This document shows, piece by piece, positions 1 through 13,163 of a stretch of DNA of 64,000 nt (position 1 is its first letter; each line of letters opens with the position of its first letter). Both the position numbers and the translations under genes were made by a program. Source of the stretch: the human T2T-CHM13v2.0 reference genome, Homo sapiens; NCBI GenBank assembly GCA_009914755.4, contig CP068257.2:36480001-36544000 (forward strand), written 5' to 3'. Under the pieces are notes generated by a model. It was not told where the DNA came from. It was given only the letters and a program-made list of their open reading frames with translations, and made no database searches.

Positions 1-479
1 CCCAGATTCCCATTTGAAGTAAAATGCAGTCAGATTGCAAGAACAGGGTTTTGAGCCATAGAATTGATCATAGAGCTGATGGAGCCACATATCAAGAATT
101 GTTGATGGGAGTGGGTTCTCTGCATTTAGACTTCTGAGATGAGGGATAAGGAAGAACCCTCTAATCCAGGTGTCTAAAATAGCCATGGGTCATTTAAGAA
201 AATTATCCACCAAAGATTCCTTAACAAATTTTTTTCTAAAGGCGGGTTTAGGCACATGGTAGGAAGGAAAATCAAAAAGAATCCCTTTCTTAAATGAGTT
301 ATTAAAGAAATAGATTTGATTAGAAATGAACTCATGAAATTAAAATGTTAGGATGATTGAAAGTAGAACATCACTTTTTTCTTGTGAAGGTCAAATGAGG
401 GGTGTGCTTGTGAGAAAGGAAAAAGACAACAGCAAGGAAAGCAAATTAAAACCAACATCAGGTTGTGCAATGGACTAAA

Positions 480-803
480 TGTGTTCCCTTAAAATTCATA
501 TATTGGAATCTTAACACCAATGTGATGGGAATAGGAGGTGGGGCCTTTAGGAAGAGATTAGGTCATGAGAGGGGGCCCTCATAAATTAGATTAGTGCCTT
601 TTTAAAAGGGACCCCCGAGAGCTCTCTCTCACCCTGTCTCCCCACTGTGAGGACACAAATAGAAGGCAGCTGTCTGCAAACTTGGAAGGGAGTCCTCACC
701 AGAACCCAACCCTGCTGGCTCCCTGATCTTGGACACATGCCTGTTGTTTATAAGCCACCATCTCTATGACACTTTGCTATGGCAGCCTGACCTGACTAAG
801 GCA
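480..803 (+). mobile_element. MaLR solo LTR, MLT1 family
   Basis: The MLT1-type LTR consensus is recognisable from 'tgtgttcccttaaaattcatatattggaatcttaacaccaatgtgatggg…ggggcctttaggaag…ggtcatgagagggggccctcat…tgtgaggacacaaatagaaggcagctgtctgcaaac…cctgatcttggac…tttataagccaccat' through the terminal '…ctaaggca'. Confidence 0.7.
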
Positions 804-1879
804 AGCTGGGAGTTAGAACTCTCAAATTCTCCGAATCTCAGCCCTGACATTCAATAGCTGTGGGTGGCATGATGGGCATGGCACTTTACAGATTTGTTTC
901 CTGACTTTTAATCTAAACAAGAAAGAGCACAACCACTACTGCCTACCTGAGATCATTGCACACAAGTGTTTTATAAACTGTTATATAAATAATTTATTTT
1001 GGCACAATCTTGAAATTTTAAATGTCTATATGAAAATTTTCTCTGCTTGTCACCACTACCTCCTGTCCTTATAGAAACGTATTTTCATGAGCCATTTGGT
1101 TCAGAGTTTAAAAGCAGGGAGAATAATTATTCAACCATAATTGATGTCAAGCAATGTTGTAAAATCTCTTAACTTATCAGAGTCTAAGCACTGTTGGTTA
1201 TGAAACCCAAATAATAACAATGCATGTGAAAGTGTTTTGTAAACTTTAATGCTCAATGCAAATGTCATTTATTTATTTCAGTTTCTCTCTTACTAAAGTC
1301 TGTTTTTCTGATCTTTTTGCTGCTGGTATATTTTTGCCCTAGTAAGTTCAAAAAAATTAAAAAGTCGTAATTCTTGGCTTCAGATACCTCCCTAGGAATT
1401 CTGAGAGTTTTTTTTCTATATAGATCTGCATTGCCTGCTTGATTCCAGCACATCTCAACTGGGTAGCTCCTACGCCAACCATTTATTTCATGAGCTTGCA
1501 TCTCACTCTCTTCTCACCTTCTCCATTAACCTTTACCTTGGAAACGTCAGATCTGCTCCCATCTAAGCCAAAAACACTATCCAATTTTATATCCATTAGG
1601 TAATGCCTTGTGATTCAAACTACATCTCAAGATTCTCCTTGTTGAGAAAGCTTATCTCAATGTGCTTGGAGGGGTGACAAGGATGCAATTCGTTAATCAT
1701 TGTAACTCTTCATATTTAGAGAATGCAGCAATTAAAAGGTGCTTCCTCATAAACATGTGACCTTGTTTGATCTTCACTTCTATAAAGAAAAACATAGTAC
1801 CTATAATTATTTAACATTATTCCATCCATTGTGCAAAGTGAGAAAACCAACAATGTTTAAATCCAATAAAGTCCAAAAT

Positions 1880-3480
1880 CTCTCAGATGATAAGTAAAAC
1901 AGTGAAGTTTGCATTTTTTCTGTCTACATCTAAGTTTTTTTTCTTTCAGGATTTTTTCTTTGTTTTTGGTTTTCTGAAGTTTGAATATGATATGCCTACA
2001 TGTGTATTTTGTTTGTTTGTCACTTATCCTGTTTGGTGTACTCTGTGGCTTGGTGTTTTGCATTACTTTTGGAAAGTTCTCAGTCATTGTTTCTTTACAT
2101 ATTTCTTCTGCTCCATCCTATGTTTCTTCTCCTACTAGTATTCTAATTACATATATATTGCATCTTTTGAAATTGTCCCACAGTTCTTAATTGTTCTGTT
2201 CTGCTTTTATCATTCTTTTTTCTCTTTGAATTTCAGTTTGGAAAGTTTTCATTGATCTATCTTCAAGCTCACTGATTCTTTCTTTGGCTGTGTCTAATCC
2301 ACTAATGAGCCTATCAGAGGCATTCTTCATTTCTGTTAGTGTTTTTCATTTCTAGCATTTCCTTTTGATACTTTTCTAGAGTTTCCATCTCTCTACTTCA
2401 TTATCCACCTGTTCTTTCATGTCTATTTTTTCCATTAATTACCTTAATATATTAATCAGTTACTTTAAATTCCATAATAATTACAACATATGTTTCATAT
2501 CTGAGTCTAGTTCTTAATATTGTTTTGTCTCTTCAGAATGTTTTTTTCTTGTCATTTGACATGTCTTATAATTTTTTGTTGAAAGTCAGATACAATGTAT
2601 CGAGTACTAGGAAGTGAAGTAAATAGGCATTTAGTATAAGAATTAATGGTCGTCTGGCAGAGAAGTTCGTTTGTCTTTAGTGTTTGCTATAGTTGTATGT
2701 TACAAATATAAATATAGCCAGAGGTTTCAGATTTCTCTAGTGTCTTTTTCTTTGTCTCATCTCTTACCTTTGGGCTTCCCTAAGTACTCCTTCTTAGAGA
2801 GAGTTTGTGTCACCTCTTTCAGCTGTGCTGTATTCCCGCTGATGTGATGGTAAGGTGCAGGGGAGGAGAAGCATTCTCTAATTTTATTAATAAATCTCAG
2901 TCTTTTAATGGGGCTGTGTCTTGGGGCTATAACCGTTACAAGCTTTCTCCTTTGGTACCGTCCCTTCCCCCTGCCTCCTACTCCCTTTCCTGTCTGCAGC
3001 CTCCCCAACCCATTTCCTGGAAGCCATGGTCCTTGTTGACTATGGGGATCTTTTGCCCCCTATAAAGTAGACAGAAAGTTTGGGGGGTGCTTTCCACTGG
3101 AATATGACTCTGGCAAAGTATTTTCTCTTGGAGCATAGGCCTTTGTTGCAGACACATTTCACAAAGATTACTCTCCCCCTTCTCTTGCCAAAACCTTGAA
3201 GAGATCTTGCAGATCTTCATCTTGAGAACCTGTGAATTTCCTAAAGGTAAAGCCAATGATGGTATGGGGTCCCTGAGGACTGGGGACCCCTGGAAGTTTC
3301 TGACTCTCATGCTAGTCTACACTCCTGGTTTATCAAAATTTCCATTTGAGTGTTCCTATGAGTTTATGCCTCATGTGGCTTCTGCTCCAGGTGAGCAGAT
3401 CTTGGCTATATTTCCCCAGATTTGGGGGTGGCAGTTTGCCCTAAAGCCACAATTCTCTCGTGGTTCCAAGAAATATAATT
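1880..3480 (-). mobile_element. L1 fragment (older L1P/L1M), ORF1 and 5' region, antisense
   Basis: The + strand reads as the reverse complement of L1 ORF1 and its upstream region, for example 'gaatttcagtttggaaagttttcattgat…cttcaagctcactgattctttc…cattcttcatttctgttag…tttctagcatttcc…tagagtttccatctctct…atatctgagtct…tgtctcttcaga…ttttttgttgaaag'. The boundaries are approximate. Confidence 0.55.
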
Positions 3481-4059
3481 GATTTTCCAAGAAAAAGTCC
3501 AGCTTTTTTGTTGTAAGAATAAAATTATGATTTCCAAAGTATTTACATGTCAGAACAGGAGCCAGATGTCCCAAGTCATTTCCTTTACCTGAGAGCCTTC
3601 ACCAGCTTCTAAGCAAGAAAAAGAAAAATCTATAAATAAGCCACCATCTACTTGTTGCTATTAGTAAAACCATTTTTGTGTTATTAGTAAAGAGGAAGGA
3701 AATGCTGATGTATTGACTTCTCTATCTGCCCATTCTCTATGGAGGAGGAAAGCCAGCAGAAAAGTGCTGAAATATCTTTGAGGCATAAAAAGCTAAGACA
3801 TACCATGATGCAGGAGTCTAGCAATCTGTCCAGCAGAAGGCTCAGTCTGACTGTGGCCATCAGGGGTGTCTTAGGAGGGATCCAGGCCTCCACAGATTAG
3901 AACAACCTCCAGATATTTCCCACTTCTGGCTAGTTATTGATATGCTGTCCACAAAATCATGGCAACTCATAAAATCACAAAAATTTGCATGTTGGAACTG
4001 GAAGATTCTCAGGGCTTTTTTCTTTTTCTTTCTTTCTTTTTTTTTTTTTTTAACAAATG

Positions 4060-4140
4060 AGGAAACTAAGTCCCAGAGAGTCTGGTTCAAAGCCATACAG
4101 TTAGCTCTTGACAGATTGTGGGGTGGGTGGTGGGGGAGTG
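4060..4140 (-). mobile_element. MIR SINE fragment
   Basis: 'aacaaatgaggaaactaagtcccagagag…caaagccatacagttagc' matches the MIR core 'acagatgaggaaactgaggcacagagagg…cacacagctagtaag'. A T-rich (TTTC)n/poly-T run lies immediately upstream at 4017-4053. Confidence 0.5.
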
Positions 4141-7100
4141 GGGGCAGTCTACACTTTTATCAATGCCTTTTGCTTTCACTCTAAATTACTTTTATTTTCA
4201 TTTTATTCTACCCTTTGGAGCATAAGATTTCTATGTACTTGTATATATACTTTTCTCATTAGTATGTTGGCTCCCTAAGGAGGGTATAAACTGGCCCTTT
4301 ATGTTATTACTAAATTCCCCTAGGCATTTATAACGATGAAAAATGTCAAAAAAAAAAGAAAAAGAAAAAGAAAAATATAGCAGTGCTGAAGATGGGGAAA
4401 AAAAGGTAGGCTACACTTATTTATTTCCCTTCCACCTTGTCATCTAGGCATTTTGCAAGCATATCACAACAGTATACATCTGATATATCTGCTGTCACCT
4501 CCATCACCCTTCCATTCCACCTGAGATCGTGTTAGGAAAAGAAATGAGGAAGACGTTTGTGTTCTTCTTGCTCATTGTTTCAAATGATGAGAAAGACTTT
4601 GATGAGACAGACAGAAAGAAGAATGAGGCAAAGCAAGAATAATAAACCCAAGTGCAATGATAAAACCAAGTGTGCAGTGGGAAAATATGCAAGACTAAAT
4701 CTAAATCCTTCAATGTGAGTCATCTGAGGATACCTTTGAAAATGGTATTTTTATTTGGTTTGTCTGAAACATTATGTAGCTTTTGTCCTGTGCTTGGTTA
4801 TCTCAGAGTCTTAGCTGTCAGAGAAGGAAGGGACCTGAGAGCCTGCTTTGTTTAAAGTTCCTCGTGCTGCACTGGAATCCATTCAATCACCAGGGACCAG
4901 CTGACTTCTGCTGAACCCAACCCCATCCACACCCACCCCCAGTCCTCAACCCACTTACTTTACATTCCAGGGGTTTGGGTGTTAGAAAGTCCTTTCTCTT
5001 GTAGAACTGAATATGATTTCCTTGTAAATCCATGAATTGGTCTTAATTACATCATAAAATAAATATGCTTGACAATTCAGCTATTAAGCAAAGTATACAT
5101 TTTGTATTACTTAGATGAAGTCTTTCTGAGGAGAAATCTTGGACAAAACTTGACGTCTATTCTTTTATTTTCATGGATCTCCAAACAATATGAACCAAAA
5201 TGGCTAGCCTGAGTGATTTAAGGGGTTCAGCAAATTGACCTATAAAAAAAACGGAGGCCAAAGTAGTTTGAAATATAGGACATAGAAATGTCTTTACTTC
5301 TTCCCAAGTAGTGAATGATCACAGGTCCCTGTGGGGTACTCAGGGCAGGAATATGCCCCCAATTTGTGGAGATGAAGGATCACTTTCTCATCTAGAGTGG
5401 TAAATTATATTAATTGGAGAAAGTGGTGAATTATATTAAAAGAGGCATTTCCAGTTCCAACTCTTCAGATACACATGGAAATGGGCAGTTGTGAGTATAT
5501 TTAGAGACACCATGTTGCACTAGACGTTAGAGAACGCGAGTGTCACGTTAAATGGTGATAGGTGAGACTGAAATTAGTTATCTGAACATTCTCTTTTTCA
5601 GAAAGATACTGGACCTTGCATTAGAAAAACCTGGAAAAAGTTACAAGGTATGGAGACATTATTGATGTCAAACATGATTTCAGACAGGCTGTTTGTTCTA
5701 ACCTCAGCCAAACTCCGGCCCCACCGGGGAGGCAGCAAGCAGATAGCAGGAGGAATGTGGAAGAGAGAAAGGCTTACGGAAAATGGACCAAAGAGGAAAC
5801 AAGGCAGAAGTTCTCCATCTCTTTTGATTGGGGCCAACTATGAGAAGAGATAGCCCCAGTGAGAAAAAGTGAGCTCTAAGCTCCAGGGATCAGCAGGGAG
5901 CCATGAGGGGAAAGTTTTAGTACCTGAGCTCTGTGTATATACAAGAAAATGCAAATACAAATTGAGCACCAAGAAATTACACATCTATACGCAGAAGGGA
6001 TAAGAAAAAAAGGCAAATTTACAATGTGACATCACTAATTAAAAGAATTAGGGAGGGGCAAGAGGGATCCTACTGTAGTAGATCCCAGACTTTTTGAGTT
6101 TATTAATTTTTAAAACTAGAATGTTGAGTTCATTTGTTTAAAATATTAAATGTAATTCAAATAATGGTATCTTAGTGATTATTCAAAATCAAAATTTTAT
6201 TTGTCAAAAAGAATGCTGAAAAAGGTCATATTCAAAGGAAATAATGATTATATGACTAAAGATAGTAATTAATTTCTCAGGAAAAAAATGATCCACCCAC
6301 ACATAAAATCCTTCATCTTTGTAGAAACTTATTTGAGGTAACCCTATTTTGCTCCCTTAAGCTCACCTTTGATTGAACAAAGTAAAAATAGTCTTTCTTT
6401 GTCTATGCATTTACTTTAATAAATAGGCATCTAGAAACATCAGAGGCAATAATATATCAAAAGCTAACTGAATTCCACCAAGCTGTTTTGAAAATGGGAT
6501 TTCTCCATCTTCGAATTTTCAAAAGCAATTTATCTCCTCCACAGGCTGACAAAAAAGGAAAGTTTTTGATGCCTTACTCTGAGGGAAAATTTCTTGATTT
6601 CAAATATGTAAGGAAAAGAGTTCTCTGCATATTTTATCTTATTGTATATATATATACATCTATCACTTTGTTTCTTTGTCAACCTCATAGCCAGAATTAC
6701 TGACTGATGATCATTTGATGTACCACACTAATTTCAGTGAGAGTTGTACTGAGTGTTTTATCTCATAAATATGTTTATAATCTCTAATAAACTAGGTATG
6801 CAATTTCTTAGTGAATTTTCAATGGTAATGCAAAGCTAAATATCAATTAATTAAAGAGTTCTGGGGGTGGAAAAGGGGACAAGGGAAAGGAACCACTCTT
6901 GGTTCTTACAAGATGGAGTTTGCAAGAGAACTTAAATTACAAAGGAAAAATGGCATTAAATTAATATCTAATTTCTAAGCTAGTTGACCAAATTATTTGA
7001 GGCTTATTGGCGTTCTCTTGCTTAGTATTGATATAGTACTTACTTAACTTGCTATCACCATAAACAAAAACAAACAATGATGACATGCTCTTCAAACTGA

Positions 7101-7732
7101 AAAGCTGCAGGTAGCATTCCCCACCTTCAATAGTAGCTGCCTGAATCTGTGTCTCTCCATATAACCTTTGAAATCAAACCGTTCAATGAGGATATTAAGA
7201 AATATCACCCCTAACCCTCATGTACAACAAAACTGGAAGACAAAGAATAGTTTAGACTCTAAGTGTAATGGGAAGAACCTCTCAAACCAGCAGAATCAGT
7301 TTCAGACTCCTGACTAAAGTCTCTCTGATGGACAAGGATGGAAGAGGTGTGACTGCATTTGAGGATGTAGCAGGGAGGAAAAGAAAAAGCACCCCCCCAA
7401 GAAGAATAGGGGTGGATCTCAGGAGTGTACTGAGATGGGACATAGAGAACAGGGACATGAGGCCTCAGGGATCCACTGGCTACTGTGGAATTGAAAGAAA
7501 GAGGCTTGATGTTTCAAAGGACCATAGGTGTAAGTCTTCTAGTAAAGAAGCAGGCAATGTGGAGGCTTGCTGGTAAAGGGGAAAAGATAGCAAAAGCTAG
7601 AAGTTATAGGAAGAAGTGTTATACATCAGGAAGCACTGTGGCCACCTCCACACGGTAGAAGAAAGCAACGAAAAAATATACCCCACTTACAAGGGCAACA
7701 AAAAAATATAAAATACTTAAAATAAATGTTGT

Positions 7733-8026
7733 GGCCAGGTGCGGTGGCTCATGCCTGTAATCCTAGCACTTTGGGAGGCCAAGGTGGGCGGATCACGAAG
7801 TCAGGAGATTGAGACCAGCCTAGCCAATATGGTGACATCCTGTCTCTACTAATAATAAAAATATTAGTCAGGCATGGTGGTGCAAGCTTGTAATCCCAGC
7901 TAATCGGGAGGCTGAGGCAGAAGAATCGCTTGACCCCAAGAGGTGAAGTTCCGGTGAGCCGAGATCGCGCCAGTGTGCTCAGTCTGGGCGACAGAGCAAG
8001 ACTCTGTCTTTAAAAAAAAAAAAAAA
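7733..8026 (+). mobile_element. Alu SINE (full length)
   Basis: 'ggccaggtgcggtggctcatgcctgtaatcctagcactttgggaggccaaggtgggcggatcacgaagtcaggagattgagaccag…' through '…gcgccagtgtgctcagtctgggcgacagagcaagactctgtcttt', with a poly-A tail at 8012-8026. Confidence 0.9.
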
Positions 8027-8029
8027 GTT

Positions 8030-9750
8030 GCAAGAAATGTGGAAAAAAAACTCATGAATAAGCCTTGAAAACTCTCCTGGAAGACCCATGATCAACTTGA
8101 ACCATAAGGAAAATGCCCCTTGTTCATGGACAGAACAAGTCAACATTATAAACTTGCCAATTTTCCCAAAAAGAATGAATAAACAATACAATCACAATGA
8201 AAATAGCAAGAAGTTTGTTTTTTCCCCCTCGAGCTAGACATTCGATTCTAAAATTCACATGAAATATAAAGATGGGATAATAGCTAAGAAACTCCTGAAA
8301 AGGAAGATAAACTGGGTGGGGGGCAGCCCTAACCCTATCAGGTATTAAAATATAGCATTGAGCTGCTGCATTTAAACGATTCTGGAAATGTTCCATGAAT
8401 AGACAGACCAATGAAACAGAATAGAAAGTAGATCCAAGTATATAAAAAATTTGTGTTTGATAAAGGATGAATGCATCCTTTGTTATACACAGACTTTCAT
8501 TTGGGAATGTATAAATTTGGGGGAATAATGAGCTTTCATTAATTACTGTAGAAATTATGAACTTTCATTATTTATTGGGGAAATTATGAACTTTCTTGTA
8601 AATAATGTTGAAACAATTGGTTTCATTTGTAAGAGAAAAACGTGGACCCATACTTCACATTATACTTAAGAGGAAATTCTAAAAGATCTAATATATAAAT
8701 GTAAAATTGAAACCACATAGTACTCAGATGAAACAAAACTTTGAAGGGAAGAAAATACTCAAAATCCAGAGACAATAAAAATAAAAGAAAGAATTAATAA
8801 ATTATATTCTCTGTGTGTGTGTGTCTGTATGTTTTAATATAACAAATAGAACAGGAAAAATAATCAAAGCTAAAATAAAAGAACATGTTTTCACCTGAAG
8901 AATTTAAATCTGTGAATCAAAATACTTCATCTATTATCAGTTGACTAAAACCATAGACCTGGACACAGTTTTGTAAAATTTATAAAAGCTCACTCCCCAA
9001 GTATTTCAGCAGAAAAGTCAATCTACCTACAATTTAATAAAAATAATATTTGTCTCAGACTTTTCCATAGCAATGAACATCAGATATAAATAAAAGTAAC
9101 ATTTACAGAGATTTAAAAAAGAAAGATTGTAACCCAAGAATATAAACTAAACAAATTTTCACTCATCTGTAAAGGTCAAAGTAAATAGTCAAGTCTTTAG
9201 GAAGTAGTTCACTTCCATGCCATTTTGGAGAAAAATAAAAAAATAATAATTGAATATGTAGTACATCAGAGCAAAGTAAAAAACTTGGTAATATGAAAAT
9301 TGTGGTAAATAAAGAACATTCAGGTTCATTTTTAAAAGTTGCAATTATTGAAAATACTCTTGAAACCATAGGGTAAATATTTTGAAAATGCTCCTGAAAA
9401 AGAAGAGTCTCCAGTCTTTCCCTCTGTCTCTCACAACACACAGCCACAAACACACTTACGCACTTTTAAAATATTAGATTATTACAACCAAAGTTAAAAA
9501 TTAGCTGGAGAAGAAGGCCAAGGAATAAAAAGCAGCCAGTTTCCTAATTTTCTATAAAGAAGCATCAATAGAAACTGTTTTATGTTGGCAATACTAATTA
9601 GATAAATATTGGTTCAAGTGCATGTTCTCAGATTTGAAGAAACTTATCAGATAATTAAAAACAAAATATACCTCTTTCTAGTTATTAGAAGTACAAAGAC
9701 ATTAAAAATAATCAACTTACAAAAAGCGGAAACAAGAAAATAAAAGCACA
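8030..9750 (+). mobile_element. L1 fragment (old L1M-type), ORF2 region
   Basis: The sequence is AT-rich and L1 ORF2-like. For example, '…agacagaccaatgaaacagaatagaaagtagatccaagtatataaaaaatttgtgtttgataaaggatgaatgcatcc' translates to a degenerate form of the L1 ORF2 motif 'IDQWNRIESPEI…YGQLIFDKGAKN'. The boundaries are approximate. Confidence 0.5.
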
Positions 9751-9789
9751 CAAGCAGGAAAATAAAGGTATGAAATGCTAACTCCCTAA

Positions 9790-9930
9790 AGTCTATTATT
9801 TTCTCATCTATAAAATGTGGGTTATAACAAACCTAACCATAGGTTAATTTTGAAGATTAATAAGATAATGTTCAAAAAGTATTTCTCAGTGTCTGGCTCA
9901 CAATCGAAGCTCAAATAATGTTTATTATTA
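9790..9930 (+). mobile_element. MIR SINE fragment (3' part)
   Basis: 'tcatctataaaatgtgggttataacaaacctaaccataggttaattttgaagattaataagataatgttcaaaaagtatttctcagtgtctggctcacaatcgaagctcaaataatgtttattattac' matches the MIR 3' half '…cctcatctgtaaaatgggg…cctcatagggttgttgtgaggattaaatgag…tagaacagtgcctggcacatagtaagcgctcaataaatg…'. Confidence 0.6.
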
Positions 9931-11162
9931 CTATTTATAATAAAATATGACAGTTATCAATTATGAAAGTAAATTTACATAGTTAAAATTTAAATAAAAT
10001 ATTAAACCTTTCTTATTAAAGGGAAAAATTAATACAATAAATAAAATAACAAAGAGAATTAAAAATTTAGGCTTGTGAAAAGGTATCTCAAACAACACAA
10101 ATCAAAAGAAAGTAACAGTGTAGAATTCCAAGTAAAAAAGCATTAGATGATGCAAAGATGGTCATTTTATATGGATACATTTTTAAAAATCACAGTGATG
10201 ATAAAATTGTCATAAAATTTAATTAATTAAACATTTATCTTTACAATAAATAAAAGTATTTGGAAATACAAGGGATAAGAAATAATTTTTAATGCTTTGC
10301 TCTCAGTATTTATAAATCAAGAAGACCAAAAATAGGGCAACCCTCTTTTGGGCCCCCTGTCCGTGGTGGAGAGCTTTCTTCAATTGTTCATTAAACTCTT
10401 GCTCCAACCTCAAAAAAAAAAAAAAAAAAAAGAAGAAGAAGAAGAAATAATATAAATCAAGATGACCAAAAATATACCTAAGATGGTAGAGGACTTTAAT
10501 AATGTAATTAATTAGATTTAATTAGTGTATATTAAACAATATACCTTTCCAAGGTTTTGGAAAACCTTAACAAAAACTATATCTTATGTAGTCTACAGGA
10601 TTTAAAAAAATTTTATTTGTATATGACACACTCTATCATGACTATGTAATAAAAATAAAAACTAATGGGAATAAAACATTTCAAAAAATCCAGTAATTTT
10701 AGAATAAAAAGAAAACATTGTAAATATTAGCTAAAAAGAAAAAGAAAATGAAAGTTACTACTACAAACCATTTAGAAAGTAATGACCATGTAAAACTATA
10801 TGTTAAAATTTCTGTACCAAGACAATTAAATGGGAAAAGAAAAGGCCTTTCAGCAAGTGGAGCTGGAAGAACTAGATAGCCACACAAGAAAGAATGAGTT
10901 GAAGTCCTATCTCACATACAAAAATTAGCAAAATGGAGGAGCTAAAACTCTAAAACTGTTAGAAGAAAATAAGCATAAATCCTCATGATCTTAGAATAGA
11001 CAATGGTTTCCTAGATAAGACATCGAAAGTATAAGCTGCAAAAGAAAAAAATACAAAAATTGGACATCATCAAAATTAAAAACTTATGTGTTTCAAAGAA
11101 TGCCATCAAGAAAGTGAAAGGAAAATCCACATAATGGGAGAAAATTTTTACAAATCATGTAT

Positions 11163-11960
11163 CTTATAAAGCAGGGGTCCCCAAGCCCCAGACCACAGAC
11201 TGTACCAGTCCCTGGCCTGTTAGGAACCAGGCTGCACAGCAGGAGATGAGTTGAGGGAAGTGAGCATTACTGCCTGGGCTCTGCCTCCTGTCAGATCAGC
11301 AGCGGCATTAGATTCTCATGGAAGTGCAAACCCTATTGCGAACTGTGCCTGCAAGGTGTATTAGTCCATTCTCATGCTGCTATGAAAAAATACCTGAGAC
11401 TGGGTAATTTATAAAGTAAAGAGGTTTAATTGACTCACAGTTCGGCATGGCTGGGGAGGTCTCAGGAAACTTACAATCAATGGCTGGGGAGGTCTCAGGA
11501 AACTTACAATCATGGTGGAAGGCAAAGGAGAAGCAGGCACCTTCTTCACAGGGCAGCAGGATGGAGTGAGTGCAAGCAGGGGAAATGCCAGACACTTATA
11601 AAACCATCAGATCTCATGAGAACTCACTTACTATCACAAGAACAGCTTGGGGGAAACCACCCCCATGATCCAATTACCTCCACCGGGTCTTACCCTTGAC
11701 ACATGGGGATTACAAAGATTATGTGAATTATAATTCCAGATGAGATTTTGGGTGGGGGCACAGCCAAACCATATCATGAGGAATCAAGGTTGCACACTCT
11801 TTATGAGACCCCAATGTTTGATGATCTGAGGTGCAACGGTTTCATCCCTAAACCGTGCCCCTCCCCCTGCGCTTCCCACCCCCTGTTCCAATTTTGTGAA
11901 AAATATCTTTCATGAAACTGGTCTCTGGTGTCAAAAATGTTGGCGACCACTGTTACAAGG
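11163..11960. mobile_element. Palindromic non-autonomous DNA transposon (hAT/MER30-like), split by a THE1 LTR insertion
   Basis: The left half is 'ggggtccccaagccccagaccacagactgtaccagtccctggcctgttaggaaccaggctgcacagcaggag…cagcggcattagattctcatgg…'. The right half (11777-11960) is its near reverse complement: '…tgatgatctgaggtgcaacggtttcatccc…ccctgttccaattttgtgaaaaatatctttcatgaaactggtctctggtgtcaaaaatgttggcgaccactg'. The family name is recalled from memory and is uncertain. Confidence 0.5.
11356..11776 (-). mobile_element. MaLR solo LTR, THE1 family
   Basis: This is the reverse complement of the THE1 consensus, running from 'tgtattagtccattctcatgctgctatgaa…acctgagactgggtaatttataaag…aggtttaattgactcacagttc…catggctggggaggcctcaggaaacttacaatcatggtggaaggc' to '…ggtgggggcacagccaaaccatatca'. 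It contains a 31-bp tandem duplication, 'ggctggggaggtctcaggaaacttacaatca' ×2, at about 11443-11504. Confidence 0.8.
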
Positions 11961-12872
11961 GACTCGTACCTAGAATATGTAAAGAATTATTACAACTCAA
12001 TAATAGAAGGGTAAATAACTCACTTTTAAAAATTAGCAAAGGATTTGAATAGACAGTTCTTTTAAGGAGATATACAAATGGCCAATAAGCACATCAAGGG
12101 TTGCTTGACATCATCAGCCATCTGCAAAATCGAAATCAAATCCACAATGAGATACCACTTCACACCTGTGACGATGCCTATAACAAAAAAGATGGATAAA
12201 AACAGGTGTTGGCAAGAATACGGATGGAGAAACTGGAATCCTCATACACTGCTGCTATGAATGTAAAATGGTGCAGCCACTTTGGAAAACAGGGTGGCAA
12301 TTCCACTCCCAGGTATATACCAAGAGAAATGAAAACATACATCCACACGAAACCTTGTATACAAATGGCCATAGTAGCATTGTTCATAATAGCCAAAAAG
12401 TGGAAACTACCCAAATATTCATGAACTGATGAATGGATTTAAAAATGTGGTATATTCTTATAATGAAACATGCTTCCGTGATAAAAAAAAAAAAAAAGAA
12501 ATGAAGTGCTGACATGTGCTACAGCTGAGACAAATCTTGAAGACATGAAGCTAAGTGAAAGAAGCCAGTCACAAAGAACCCCATATGGTATGATTCTGTT
12601 TATATTAAATTTCCAAAATAAAGGAATTTATATAAAATGAAGTAGATTAATGCTTGCCTTGGGCTACAGGGGCTGGAGCAATTGAGGGTGATTTTTAAGG
12701 GGTGCAAGGTTTATTTGTATTGTCATGAAAATGTTCTAAAATTGATTGTTGTAATTGCAGAACTCTGTGAATATACTAAAAGTCATTGAATCATATACTT
12801 TAAATGGGTGGATTGTGTCACATATGAATTATTTCTCAATAGAGCTGTTTAAAAAAAAAAAAACAACTTGTT

Positions 12873-13163
12873 GGCCGGGCGCAGTGGCTCACACCTGTAA
12901 TCCTAGCACTTTGGGAGGCCAAGGCGGGCGGATCACGAGGTCAGAAGATCGAGACCATCTTGGCTAACACGGTGAAACACCATCTCTACTAAAAATACAA
13001 AAAAAAAAATAAAAAATAGCCAGGCGTTGTGGCAGGCGCCTGTAGTCCCAGCTACTCAGGAGGCTAAGGCAGGAGAATGACATGAACCCAGGAGGCGGAG
13101 CTTGCAGTGAGCCAAGATTGCGCCACTGCAGTCCAGCCTGGGCTACAGAGCGAGACTCCCTCT

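Larger units (their letters stand above)
10440..12862 (+). mobile_element. L1 3' portion (L1MA/L1MB-like): ORF2 C-terminus and 3' UTR, interrupted by nested insertions
   Basis: The ORF2 C-terminal region is readable, for example 'gcaaaatcgaaatcaaatccacaatgagataccacttcacacctgtga…gtgttggcaagaatacggatggagaaactggaatcctcatacactgctg…aatgtaaaatggtgcagccactttggaaaacag'. The ORF at 12206-12424 reads '…NVKWCSHFGKQ…IAKKWKLPK'. The characteristic L1MA-type 3' terminus is 'gaactctgtgaatatactaaaagtcattgaatcatatactttaaatgggtggattgtgtcacatatgaattatttctcaatagagctgttt', followed by poly-A. A DNA transposon and a THE1 LTR interrupt the element at 11163-11960. Confidence 0.65.

Noticed and set aside
4118-4150. 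A G-rich tract 'gtggggtgggtggtgggggagtgggggcag' (potential G-quadruplex)
   Set aside because: It is short and sits at the edge of a MIR fragment. G-runs like this are common, and nothing suggests a function without conservation or epigenomic data.
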